Shown here in pieces: positions 28,464-39,060 of a DNA stretch of 64,000 bases (position 1 is the stretch's first letter; each line of letters begins with the position of its first letter). Below the pieces are notes generated by a model, which saw only the letters and a program-made list of their open reading frames with translations, was not told the origin of the DNA and ran no database searches. This stretch comes from Spirochaetia bacterium. GTDB taxonomy: Bacteria > Spirochaetota > Spirochaetia > SZUA-6 > Bin103. The position numbers and the translations under genes are program-made. Where the stretch lies: the NCBI GenBank assembly GCA_965198005.1, contig CBDAOI010000004.1, positions 608,001 to 672,000 on the forward strand, read 5' to 3'.

Positions 28464-31325
28464 ATGAAGCTATGCGTCACTCGCCCGGTTCGAGTACTCC
28501 TGCTGGTGCTCGCGACCGCCGCCAGCGTGACGCCACTGGGGTGGGCGCAGGCACCGCAGACCGACCTGCCGTTCGATCCCAGCGTGCTCCGTGGAACGCT
28601 CAGCAACGGGCTGGTGTACTACGTCCGGGACAACCCGGATCCACGCGGCCGCGCGCATCTCCTGTTGGTGGTACGGGCGGGCTCGGCACTGGAGGAGGAG
28701 CACGAGCGCGGCCTCGCGCACTTCGTTGAGCACATGGCCGTGCACGGGACTGCCCGGTTTTCGGGCAAGGAGCTCACCGATTTCCTCAAGTTGAGCGCGT
28801 CTGAATCCGATCCCGACCTCAATACCAGATTCGATGAAACCGTGTTCCGGATCGAGATACCCACCGACGACGCCGCGGTAGTCAAGACTGCGTTCGAGAT
28901 ACTCAGTGACTGGGCCTACGGGATCAGCTTCGACCCTACTGCGCTGGAGCGGGAACGCCGCGTCGTTCTGCGCGAGTTGCGGACGAATCACGGGGTTGTC
29001 CCACGAATCTTTGCGCGGCACGTACCGAAGCTTTTCGGGGCCTCTCGCTACGCGGAAAGACTGCCGATGGGCCAACGACGGGTGCTCGCTACGGCATCCG
29101 CCGCGCACCTGCGAGCATTCTACGAACGCTGGTACCGCCCCGATCTGATGGCGGTAATCGCCGTAGGCGACTTTGACCCGGATCAAATCGCCGACACTAT
29201 CCGACACCAGTTCGCGCCGCCCCCGGAGGGAGCAGCCCAACCGGCACGCGCACGCCGTCCGGAGCCACCAACCAGCCGGCCTCGGTTCACCGTTCCCAGC
29301 CATGCCGCTCCCCGGGTCGGCATAGCAATGGACTCGGACATGGGGGCTACCTGGGTAACTCTTTACCGCAAACAGCCGGCTGAAACCGGCCAGGACGTCG
29401 CTGCATTCCGCCGTCGATTCATGGTCGACGTGCTGGTCCAGCGGATGCTCGCCGGCCGACTGTCCAAGCGTACCCAGACGGCCGACCCGCCCTATCTCTC
29501 CGTGTTGGTTGGCCGGTTATCCCTCGTGGCGGATACGGCTGCCTGGACGGTCTTCGCTCAGGTGGATCAGGATGGGGTTGGGCGCGGTGTGGAGACTCTG
29601 ATCGAGGAGATTCAACACGTGCTGCGCCATGGCTTCACCCCCGCTGAGCTGGAGCGCGAGAAGGCGGTGCGCCTGCGTGAGGTGGAGGATATCGAGCAAG
29701 GACGGGTCCCGTTGCCTTCGCGCCTATTCGCGGAGGAGTACGTGCGCCACTTCCTGTATGCCGAACCGGTGCCGGGGATTACCGCCGAGTACGAACTGCA
29801 CCGGCGCCTGCTGCCGGAGATTTCGCTGGCGGAGGTGAACGGGGTGCCCGCGGCGTGGCGGGATCTGCGGGACACCGTATTGTTCGTGTTGGGGCCCGAG
29901 GGTGTGGCGTCCGGCCCCGAAGCGGAGCAGGCGCTGCTGGCCAAGCTGACCGGTGCCGGTGCCCCGGAGGTGCCGAGTGAGAGCCGCGCGCGCGATGTGC
30001 CACTGTTGGTGCCGCGGCCCGAGCCGGGGAGCATCACCGCCGAACGCCGCATCGAAGCAATCGACGCGGTACGGTGGACCCTCTCCAACGGGGTGACGGT
30101 CATCGCCAAACAGACCGAATTCCGGAGTGACGAGGTGCTGGTGGCGGCGAGTAGCCCCGGCGGCGCCTCAGTCGTTGCGGACGCCGACTACATTCCCGCG
30201 CTCACTGCCGCCGAAATCGTTCGGGGCAGCGGCGCCGGACCGTACGACTGGGAGGCACTTGAGGAACTCCTGTCCGGCAACACCGCTGAGGTGAGGCCTT
30301 ACATTCGCGATTTGCATGAGGGGTTCACCGGCAGTTCCGCACCGTGGGATCTGGAAGCGCTGTTTCAACTCATCACCCTGTATGCCACCGAACCACGGTT
30401 CGATCCCGCCTACTATATGCTCTACTTGCTGGCCCTGCACAACCGTTGCAATATCCCGCCCACGTCCCAGATTATTGCGCTGCTTCACGACGACACGCTC
30501 CATAGTGCGACGACCGGGAATCACTTCCGCAGGACGACGCTCTCGTGTGATCGGCTGCAGCGGCTCAATCTGGAGCGCTCCGCCGCCGTCTATGCGGACC
30601 GATTCCGAGATTTCAGTGATTTCACCTTCGTGGTCGTCGGTGCGTTTGACTGGGACCAGCTCCGCACGCTGACCACTACCTATTTGGCCACGCTGCCCGC
30701 CGCCGGACGCGTGGAGCAATGGCGCGACGCGGGGATTGCCGCCCCCGCGGGCGTGGTCGATCGCGTGCTCCATCAGCAGACCGATGCAGGCAGCGTCACA
30801 CGCCTTGTGTTCGCCTGGGAGATGGCGGGGAGCTGGATGGAGACAGCGACCCTCCTGGTACTCAGCGAGATGCTTGAGGTTCGTCTCCAGGAGCGGCTGC
30901 AGAACGAATTGGGAGCGGCCTCTTGGGTCTACGCTCGTTCCACGGTGACGTCGCTGCTTCCTGATCCCCAGTACTGGGTGTTTGTCACGCTGGGTAGTGA
31001 GCCCCATCGCGCCGACGAGATGCTGGAGGAGGTATTTGGAGCCATAGACTGGCTGATAGCCGGGAGTGAGCAGAGCGATCTGGAGCAGGCCAAGGAGTAC
31101 TTGCGTGAGTTGAATTCGGGATCAAGGCTAACCAACGACTTCTGGCTCAACCAGATCGACGTGGTGGTGAAGCGCGGCGAGCCCTTCAGCGCGATTACCG
31201 GCATGGATCAACTGCTTGAAGCGATCACGCTGGAGCAGGTCACGGCGGCGGCGCGAAGCTACCTACGCCGCGATCGCTATGTGCGCGTGGTGCTGCTACC
31301 GGAGGCCGCCACCGAGGCCGAATAA
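28464..31325 (+). CDS. M16-family (PqqL-like) zinc protease with signal peptide
   Basis: GTLSNGL, GLAHFVEHM (HxxEH), FYERWYRPDLM, second half LSNGVTV. Confidence 0.9.
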   Translation: MKLCVTRPVRVLLLVLATAASVTPLGWAQAPQTDLPFDPSVLRGTLSNGLVYYVRDNPDPRGRAHLLLVVRAGSALEEEHERGLAHFVEHMAVHGTARFSGKELTDFLKLSASESDPDLNTRFDETVFRIEIPTDDAAVVKTAFEILSDWAYGISFDPTALERERRVVLRELRTNHGVVPRIFARHVPKLFGASRYAERLPMGQRRVLATASAAHLRAFYERWYRPDLMAVIAVGDFDPDQIADTIRHQFAPPPEGAAQPARARRPEPPTSRPRFTVPSHAAPRVGIAMDSDMGATWVTLYRKQPAETGQDVAAFRRRFMVDVLVQRMLAGRLSKRTQTADPPYLSVLVGRLSLVADTAAWTVFAQVDQDGVGRGVETLIEEIQHVLRHGFTPAELEREKAVRLREVEDIEQGRVPLPSRLFAEEYVRHFLYAEPVPGITAEYELHRRLLPEISLAEVNGVPAAWRDLRDTVLFVLGPEGVASGPEAEQALLAKLTGAGAPEVPSESRARDVPLLVPRPEPGSITAERRIEAIDAVRWTLSNGVTVIAKQTEFRSDEVLVAASSPGGASVVADADYIPALTAAEIVRGSGAGPYDWEALEELLSGNTAEVRPYIRDLHEGFTGSSAPWDLEALFQLITLYATEPRFDPAYYMLYLLALHNRCNIPPTSQIIALLHDDTLHSATTGNHFRRTTLSCDRLQRLNLERSAAVYADRFRDFSDFTFVVVGAFDWDQLRTLTTTYLATLPAAGRVEQWRDAGIAAPAGVVDRVLHQQTDAGSVTRLVFAWEMAGSWMETATLLVLSEMLEVRLQERLQNELGAASWVYARSTVTSLLPDPQYWVFVTLGSEPHRADEMLEEVFGAIDWLIAGSEQSDLEQAKEYLRELNSGSRLTNDFWLNQIDVVVKRGEPFSAITGMDQLLEAITLEQVTAAARSYLRRDRYVRVVLLPEAATEAE

Positions 31326-31737
31326 TCGGCCCGGGTACGCCGCCGACACGGGCTGCGAGCGCTTCGTTGCGCGGTTCAACGCTCCGGTTCTACGACTACC
31401 TTCGACGCCATAAAGCTAAGAGTCGAAAGTTCGCACCACCCGCCGACCGTCTCCGTAGACGATTTGGTACGTCTTCACATCGAACGAGATACCCAGCGCA
31501 AAATAAGCGATAAGATGGTGGATCGTATGCGGGAGTGAACAAAATCGTCATTTTGCGGCAGTTTTTGCGCGCTCATCGGTGTGCGAGCGTGGCTCGGACA
31601 GCATCCGTCGGCGAAATTGTCTGGCGCCCGGGGATGAACAGGTTCATGCGGCTGTTCGGCGGCCAAATTGACCCTCTGTGGTAGTTTCCGGGCATACTGC
31701 TCCCTGCAACGCGGATCACCGAGCAGCCGACGCCGAG

Positions 31738-32124
31738 CTAGATCCGGAGCGCAGCCAGCCGGCCAAGCGCGCTGCCAAACCTCTGGTAGTATTCTCCCGC
31801 AGGCAGCTTGAGCAGCACGCTGCCCCGCCCCGTCTTGGCCACGATCCCCGCTTGGCAGATCCACAGATACAGAAAGCGCTTGAAGCGCAGCACCGCTCCA
31901 TCGCCAAGCTCAAGCAGATTCAGCATCCACGTCTTCAGATTCCAGGCCAGGGCTGCGATCAGAAAGTAAGCTTGGTTCGCGGCCAGGGAGCCGGTGGGGA
32001 TATGGGACAGTCCCAACCCATGCTTGAAGTCCTTAATGAGATTCTCTTGGTTGCCCCGACCCTGCGCGATCCGCAGCACCGCCGTGTTGCTGCGCGTCGA
32101 GTTGGTCACTACGATCCAGTAGAC
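31738..32124 (-). mobile_element. IS1380-family transposase, C-terminal fragment
   Basis: IVVTN...GRGNQENLIKDFK..GL..IPTGSLAANQAYFLIAALAWNL, RFLY...AG. Confidence 0.8.
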
Positions 32125-32701
32125 GTACTGCCGGATAGCGTCCTCGACGGTCTGTCCGGTGAGCGGGTTCTTCAACTCGACGGTGAAGATCGGCAGGCCG
32201 TTGAGGAACAGCACCAAGTCCAGGCTGTTTTCGGTGCCGGCGCTGTACCGCACCGGCCGCGCCACCGCGAAGAGATTCGCCGCATACAGCCGACGCGTCT
32301 CCTCGTCAACGCGCTCGCCGGCCGGAACCACGCCAGCCGAAACGTGGAGCCCATGTCCTTCACGCCGCGCCGCAGCACGTCGAGCGAACCCCGGCGCTCG
32401 ACCTCGGTCGCCAAGCGGCGCAGAAACCGCTCCTTCACCTGCGCGCCGTGGTGCTGCGAAAGCTTCTGCCACTCCTTCGGTTGCGTGGCCAGCACGAAGT
32501 CCACCACATCATTCGGCAACAAGCACAAGTCCCGATCGTAGTCTTCCGAGCAACGTCGGCGGTAACCGCCCGGCTGCATCCTGTCGTAACCAAGGGCTCC
32601 GGACGCTCGCGCATCTCGGCCCCGCCTGCCGCGATCTCATCGGGACTACGCCACAGCAGCGTCGCCTCAATTGCATCCTCGAAAACCCGCTCAGAAATCA
32701 C
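32125..32701 (-). pseudogene. hsdR: Type I restriction subunit HsdR, N-terminal fragment, frameshifted
   Basis: ERVFEDAIE, FVLATQPKEW, GSLDVLRRGVKD, SLDLVLFLNGLPIFTVELKNPLTGQTVEDAIRQY across three frames. Confidence 0.85.
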
Positions 32702-32915
32702 TAACCCTCTACCTTTGGCACGTGAGCACTCTCTATGGTCACCGTCAATGGTTAAGGCCAACTACATGAGTCAAAGTCAAAGAGCTGATACGATGATACC
32801 CACTATACCCGCGGAACAACCTAAGCTGTGGCGAACCATGGCATAATCGAGGTCTATTCCACACCACGATACCCACCCAGAGCCGGAACCGAAATATGCC
32901 ACACCATCTCGCTGT

Positions 32916-33323
32916 TCAGTGGTCATCCGACGGCGGATTTATGTCCAGCGCAGCCAGAGCCGTGGCCAAGTCCGTCATACGACTGTTCCTAAACCACTCT
33001 TCTTCACGCCAAGGGTGACGCTCAATGAACTCCTCTCCCAGTGCCACGAGCAGCATATCCTCTCGTTTCAAGTCGCGTATGTTGATTCCACGAGTAGTGG
33101 CACCAAGAGAACCTGACGATAGTTGGTGGAATACGGCCATGGAACGTAGCGTATGAAGCAACCACGGTCCGCATGCGGCTGCTGTGTAGGACACTCGAGC
33201 GGCATCCTGCGTTAGACCTACCGAGCAGCGTGACCATCCGGCGACCAGTATCGAAGGTGCGGTCCTGGACATGCGGGGGCTCACACTACCGGACCAGATC
33301 TGGTAAGCGGTCTGGCCTCGCAT
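32916..33323 (-). CDS. Hypothetical protein in a low-GC segment, possibly a fragment
   Basis: 135-aa ORF; no recognisable motif. Confidence 0.3.
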   Translation of the reverse strand: MRGQTAYQIWSGSVSPRMSRTAPSILVAGWSRCSVGLTQDAARVSYTAAACGPWLLHTLRSMAVFHQLSSGSLGATTRGINIRDLKREDMLLVALGEEFIERHPWREEEWFRNSRMTDLATALAALDINPPSDDH

Positions 33324-33407
33324 TGTGCCGGTTCAGCCACCGTATCTGTCGTTTCGGAATCTATTTGAGTTGTTACGTGCTTCCGTCGCATCGGCGTCGG
33401 GCGGATT

Positions 33408-34469
33408 TCATTCGAGTTCATTCAGCATCCTATTGAGTTCTCTTTTTCCAATCTTGTCGCCTGTTTTCTTTTCTCCGGTGTACTCTATGAACTCCTTCGG
33501 ATGCACAAATACCCAAAGGCCGGTCCTCCCCCGGTATCTTTTCTTTGCGATCTCACCACGCCTTGGGTCATCCACTTGGTCAAGCTTGAGTCTTTTCTCC
33601 TTGTCCTTCTCAATTCTTCCACGAGAGCCTTTGACCCTCTCCCAATCACCAGTCTTTCTGTTCTTCTTCACGAGTACCCACTTGGCAGGACGCATGCCAG
33701 TTTTTTGCCGATATCCGGTCATCATCGCGGCGATCTCCGCCCGCAACTCCTCTCTGGCGTACGTCTCGGATCCGAACGGCGCGTAGTCGACCAAGGTCAG
33801 CCGCTTCAGGCGGCTGGAGTGGCCAGTTGCGTGCCCTAGCTCATGCAGTGCCGTGTGTGTATATGCGGCCTGCGACCGGAACTGCTTCGGCTCCGGCAAC
33901 ACCACCCGATCGGTCGAGAGTTCATAGTGTGCGTCATCGCCGGCTATGTGGTCGACCCGGATGCCGCTGTTGCGGATCAGGGCCTCGGCGCGCCTGTGTC
34001 CTTTCCACTTCGGCGGCGCGGCTGGGAGTGGTCGCAATCGCAACCGTTCGGTCTGTTCGACGTTGAAGACGTAGTTGAGCTTTTCAAACGGCCGCTCGAC
34101 CCGTTCCAGTCTCGGCCTTCCTTTTGCGTCGAGTACGGGGTTGCCGCGGTCATCTCGGGCCAACTTGAGCCAACTATATTGCCAATACCAGATCGGCGAG
34201 CCCGACTCCCCCTTACGGACGCTCCCACCGGCTTTCTGGATCTGGAGGAAGCTACCCCAGCGCGGGTCGCGGTACCCACGAGCGAGCGCCACCATCGCGA
34301 GGTATACGGCGTTGCCGCCACGGTAGTCGTGTCCGCTGCTGAAGTTGCTGGGCGCGTGCCAGATCCAGGGCTTCTGCCACGGGGCCGTCCCCTCCTTCAG
34401 AGCTGTGATGATGCTGTCAGCGAACTGCTTGTGGTACTCGTCCGCATTCTCTTGCTGCTTTGCCATCAC
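33408..34469 (-). CDS. ardC: ArdC-like antirestriction/ssDNA-binding protein with zincin domain, fused to a foreign Lys-rich tail
   Basis: GTAPWQKPW, YRGGNA, DPRWGSFLQ, VRKGE, VFNVEQ, LHELGHATGH..RL.R, YAREELRAE; composition shifts near 33714. Confidence 0.75.
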   Translation of the reverse strand: MMAKQQENADEYHKQFADSIITALKEGTAPWQKPWIWHAPSNFSSGHDYRGGNAVYLAMVALARGYRDPRWGSFLQIQKAGGSVRKGESGSPIWYWQYSWLKLARDDRGNPVLDAKGRPRLERVERPFEKLNYVFNVEQTERLRLRPLPAAPPKWKGHRRAEALIRNSGIRVDHIAGDDAHYELSTDRVVLPEPKQFRSQAAYTHTALHELGHATGHSSRLKRLTLVDYAPFGSETYAREELRAEIAAMMTGYRQKTGMRPAKWVLVKKNRKTGDWERVKGSRGRIEKDKEKRLKLDQVDDPRRGEIAKKRYRGRTGLWVFVHPKEFIEYTGEKKTGDKIGKRELNRMLNELE

Positions 34470-34769
34470 CGTCCCTCAATGTCGCCCTCCGTCCTGGAAA
34501 CTGACCGGCCGATGCGTACGTAGATCGGACGTTGTGTATCGTCGTCGAAACATCGAGACATATCTTTGATTATTGGCGAAACACCAATTCATCGCAAACA
34601 CCTTGTGGCGCCTCTCTCTCGAACGGGCGGGAACGCCACAAGCGGGTAGTTGAGGTTGACACTATGATCCGTCAAGCACCAGATATCAGATCGGTCGGCC
34701 GCGGACCGACGCGCTGGCCTTGATCAACAGGCCGGTCACGGGAGGCGGATGCACGTCGGCTGCGGACTC

Positions 34770-35000
34770 GCGGGGTACACAGGGCGCTGCATGTGCCGGT
34801 GACGGTGGTAGGGACGCAAAGTAGCCTGAGATCCGCCGGCTCCGCACCACACCCCAGCGCGAACGGTACGATGTGGTCGATCTCGATCCGGTAGCCGGAA
34901 CCGCAGCGCCGGCCACTGGCGGTCGACGTAGCTGGAGCAACCCCGGTCGCGCGGTGCTTCGCCGCCGAAGGACGCTGCGCCGCCCCGCAGTACGGCGGTC
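34770..35000 (-). pseudogene. HNH endonuclease remnant
   Basis: CSSYVDRQ / SGRRCGSGYRIEIDHIVPFALG.GAEPADLRLLC / HHRHRH split over frames. Confidence 0.7.
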
Positions 35001-35860
35001 GCGATTCCCGCGTTGCACCGGCGGTGCCGGCGCCGGAGCGGCGCTGCCACGACGAGCCTCCGCGGTTTGCGCCCGCCATGGCGTGATCCGCGCTCTGAGC
35101 GGGCCGCTTCATCGCCGCCGAAGCGGAGGTGTGCAGGCCCCGCACGTCCGCGGCTGGTGCGCCGCCGTCCTCGCTATATGCATGCCGCTTCAGCGCCGAA
35201 GTGCGACCACTGTCGATGTCGTGCGCCTGCGGCGCCGTTCGTTTCGCCACTTCGCCGGCGAACTGGCACCGCTGCCGTGCGCCTGCGCGCCGGCCGCTGG
35301 CTGGCCGATGCACCGTGGTCCTGGGTATGTGCACTCTGCTTCGCCGCCGAAACGGTACCGCCGAGGATACCGTGCGCCCGCGCGCACGTTGCGCAGTGAT
35401 CGCCGGCGGGGGATCACCGGCTCCGCGGCACGGCAGCGACGGCACACATGCCGCGCGCCGTCGACCGATTCGCCCTGTTCGTTTCGCACGCCGCACTGCG
35501 CTGGCGCCGTCTCGCCGCGCCCCTCACCTACCGCCACCGGCGGGCGCGCGGCTCCTTCCCTGGGCCGGTGGCGCGGGCTCCTCTGCGCCGCCCGCGGGGC
35601 GGGCGGCCCGGATCATAGCGGTCCCGCGCGTATCGCGTCAGCAGGAACTGAAACTCGAGCCCGGTGTCGTGCTCGCTCCAATGCCGACATTAACTCATCG
35701 CCGTTGATGCGGCAACCATAAAATGACGGCACGGTAGCTGTGGATGGCGGTATTTGTTGGCTGACCTACTCCAGGCAGGTTCTCGCCACCAGAAAATGTC
35801 GGCATCGTGACGCAAGTGCCGACATTTTCATCGTGGCAGGGGCTTCGGGGTGGGCGCCGA

Positions 35861-37781
35861 TCACCACACGGGCCCCCGGCGTCTCCTCATGCCCTGGCTC
35901 CCGCGTGGGTGATGTCGGCCAGCATCCGTACGCTCCGGGTCAGGTTCCGGCGCGCCGTCGGCGGCGCGGCAGATCTCGGCCGTCTCGTCGCGCTCGGCCA
36001 GAGCCGTCAGGATCGCCTTCTTCATCGGGGCCGGCAGCTTGGTCTCGGCCTGCCGGGCCGCGGCGGCAAGCTCTGCAAGGAACACGGACCGGTCCCGGAA
36101 CAGGGTGCCCGTCATCGTTTGGAGCATGGTTACTATGGCATGCTGCTGGGCGCGACCCGCGGCCTCCTCCCGGGAGCGGACCTCCGGGTCCCGCTTCTTC
36201 GACGTGGCCAGATTCCGAAAGCCCCTTTGCTGGTCGAGGCGTGCGATGCGCTCCGCGCTCGCCTGGAAGTTGAGCCGCAGCGGTCGTTCGACGGTGATCT
36301 TGCGGTAGCCGAACCGCGTGGTCGGGAAGATGCGGCTCACGGCCACGGCCTCCTCGGTACCGTCCTCGGTTACCGGCCGAGTCGCGCCGTCCTCGAAATC
36401 GGAGAGCAGTTGGAGCACGTCGGCGGCCTTGTCGGGCGGGACCTGGCGCCGCTTGTCACCGAGGCTGCGGCGCATTCGGGGACCAGAACGAGGTGGCGTC
36501 GATCAGTTGCACCTCGCCCCGGCGCTCCGGTGCCTTGCGGTTGGTGAGCAGCCACACGTAGGTGGCAATGCCGGTGTTGTAGAAGAGCTGCTCGGGCAGC
36601 GCCACCAGCGCTTCGAGCAGATCGTGCTCCAGCACGTAGCGGCGGATTTCGCTCTCGCCGCTGCCGGCGTCGCCGGTGAACAGGGGCGAGCCGTTCATGA
36701 TGATCGCGATGCGGGCGCCACCCTACTCCGGCGCCTCCGCGTGGGCGAGCGTGTGCAGCAGGAACAGGGTCTGCCCGTCGCTGATGCGCGGCAATCCCGC
36801 AGCGAACCGGCCAGCCGAACCGCGCTGGTGCTCGGCTTCGACCGCGCTCTTGTCGCGCTTCCAATCCTTGCCGTAGGGAGGATTGGTGATCAGGTAGTCG
36901 AACGGTCGCCCGGCGTGGCGGTCGTTGGACAGCGTGCTGCCGTAGGCGATGTTGTCCGCGTCGCGCCCGGTCGGGTCCTTCATGAACCTGTCCGACTTGG
37001 AGACCGCCCAGGTCTCGGGGTTCACTTCCTGGCCGAACAGGCTGATCTCGGCCCGCGCGTTGATGGCGGGACGCAGCAGTTCGCCGTCCACGCGCATGCC
37101 GCTGGTGACGTGCTCCTTGGCGATCATCAGCATGCCGCCGGAGCCGCAGCACGGGTCGTACACCGAACGCACGACACCGGGACGGGCGATATGGGCGACA
37201 TCGCCGGCGAGCATGAGGTCCACCATCAGGTGGACGACGTCGCGCGGGGTGAAGTGCTCACCGGGGTTCTCGTCCAGGGCCTCGTTGAAGCGGCGGATCA
37301 GCTCTTCGAAGATCGTGCCCATGGTCGCGTTGTCGATCAGGTCGGGGTGCAGATCGACGCTCTTGAACCGCTCCATCACCTGGAACAGCAGACCCGCCTC
37401 GTCGAGCTTGCTGACGGTGTTGTCGAGGTCGAACTTCTCCAGCACCTCGCGCATGTTCTCGCTGAAGCCGGCGATGTAGTTCCTGAGGTTGGCGGCGAGC
37501 TGCGGCGCGTCCGCGACCAGCTTGTCGAAGTCGTAGCGCGAGGTGTTGTAGAACTCCAAGCCCGAGGCGATGCAGAGCTGGCGGTCCAGCGTCTGCAGGC
37601 CGCGCTGCGTCAGTTCCGCCTGCCGGCGAAGCACCGCCTCCTTGGTGGGGGCGAGCACGCAGTCGAGCCGGCGCAGCACGGTCAGCGGCAGAATGACGTC
37701 CTGGTACTTGCCGCGCTTGAAGCTGTCGCGGATCAGGTCCGCGACGCCCCACAGGAAGCTGACGATCTCGCTATGGTTCAT
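35861..37781 (-). pseudogene. hsdM: Type I R-M methyltransferase HsdM with nonsense and frameshift lesions
   Basis: SFLWGVADL, GEHFTPRDV, YDPCCGSGGML, NPPYG; in-frame TAG at 36723-36725; frameshift near 36480; truncated 3' end. Confidence 0.92.
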
Positions 37782-37965
37782 GGGCTTCTCACGCCACGCC
37801 CGTGGTGACGGGCGTCACGGTAGCGACGGCTTTGTCGCCGGTCAACGAGACCGTGCTGCGGATGCTGCGGACCGCACACTCTCTCTCGAACCCGCGCGGA
37901 GCACGCGGTCGAGCCGGCGTAGCGCAGTCGTGGTAGAGTTACAATCCGTGGTGGAGATAACCCGC

Positions 37966-38607
37966 ATGATTCGGGAGACGGTCCTCATCGGCTACCTTCC
38001 CAAACGAATCGTCGACGGCACGGGGAAAGCCTATGCGCCGCAATTTCCAGGAGTGGAAGAGATCTGCAGCGTCAGCGAGTGTTTCTCCAAGTCGCCGCCC
38101 GAGTGGGAACAGTGTTGGCTGCACAACACGGACACGTGGCTGTTCGACGGCCCGGGGGCGGCTTGGTGGGTGGTGCCGGAGAGGGAACGGGAGCGCTACC
38201 GGCTGTACGCGTACCGGCTGCTGCTGGCCCTGTTCCACGAGTCGGGGAAGGAGACCGAGCATCCGCTGCCGGAACTCAAGGTCGCGCCGATCCCGCGTCA
38301 TTTCACCCGTATCGGCTACGACGCGGTCGAGCGGTACGTAGGGGACGCCCATAAAGGGGGCCCTGCACCGCCGGCCTTCTTCTGTTCACCGCTGTCCTGC
38401 AACCTCATGGCAGAGGAGTACCCGGCAAATCGGTACTGCCTGGTCGACCACCTGGACACGGCGCTGGCGATGGCGCGCGACTTCGCCACCGGCAACTGCG
38501 AGCCCGGACCCTACTGCGTCGTCGAAGTCTGGACGCAGGAGCCTCGGCACCGCCGCGATCAGGTCGAAGTAGGCACCAGGCCGACCCGCTCGATCTTGCC
38601 GCGCTGA
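37966..38607 (+). CDS. Hypothetical Cys-rich protein
   Basis: GGAG upstream of ATG 37966; protein-like EICSVSEC, IGYDAV, CSPLSCN, CEPGPY. Confidence 0.65.
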   Translation: MIRETVLIGYLPKRIVDGTGKAYAPQFPGVEEICSVSECFSKSPPEWEQCWLHNTDTWLFDGPGAAWWVVPERERERYRLYAYRLLLALFHESGKETEHPLPELKVAPIPRHFTRIGYDAVERYVGDAHKGGPAPPAFFCSPLSCNLMAEEYPANRYCLVDHLDTALAMARDFATGNCEPGPYCVVEVWTQEPRHRRDQVEVGTRPTRSILPR

Positions 38608-38631
38608 CTGGCCACTTCGCCGTTGGTCACA

Positions 38632-38695
38632 GTGCCAGGGCGACTGCCGGCGATCCATGGCGACCCCTTCGACCGCATCCAGATCGCACAACGCC
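38632..38695 (+). pseudogene. C-terminal fragment of a PIN/VapC toxin
   Basis: LPAIHGDPFDRIQIAQ matches the HxDPFDRxLIAQ PIN motif. Confidence 0.6.
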
Positions 38696-38713
38696 CGGTA
38701 GCTGTGGTCCAGC

Positions 38714-39025
38714 TTGACGGAGCGTTCCGTGAGGCGCGGCGACGTCGAACTGGGAATCAGCGCGCCCGTGGAGCCGGGGGTGGCCGACAGCGGCGATCCG
38801 GAATTCGATCTCGCCGCCTTGTTCGATGCCCTCGGTGCGGCCGCGTCCGCCGCGGACACGGCGCTGATGGTGATCGTCGACGAACTGCAGTACGTCCCGA
38901 AGGCGGAGCTGGCCGCGTTGAGCGCCGCCTTGCACCGTGCCGCGCAGCGGCGGTTACCGATTCTCCTGGCCGGCGCTGGATTGCCGCAGTTGCGGGCTCA
39001 GGTAGCCGAGGCCAGGACCTCTTGA
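38714..39025 (+). pseudogene. Internal fragment of a P-loop ATPase (Walker B region)
   Basis: LMVIVDELQY...ALHRAAQRRLPILLAGAGLP; no Walker A. Confidence 0.65.
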
Positions 39026-39060
39026 CGTGCTCCACGCGTGGGTGTAGCGTAGTCGAACGG

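Noticed and set aside
36723-36725. In-frame TAG in hsdM as stop-codon recoding
   Set aside because: The gene also has a frameshift and truncation, and TAG ends normal genes here (ku, lipA, purF)
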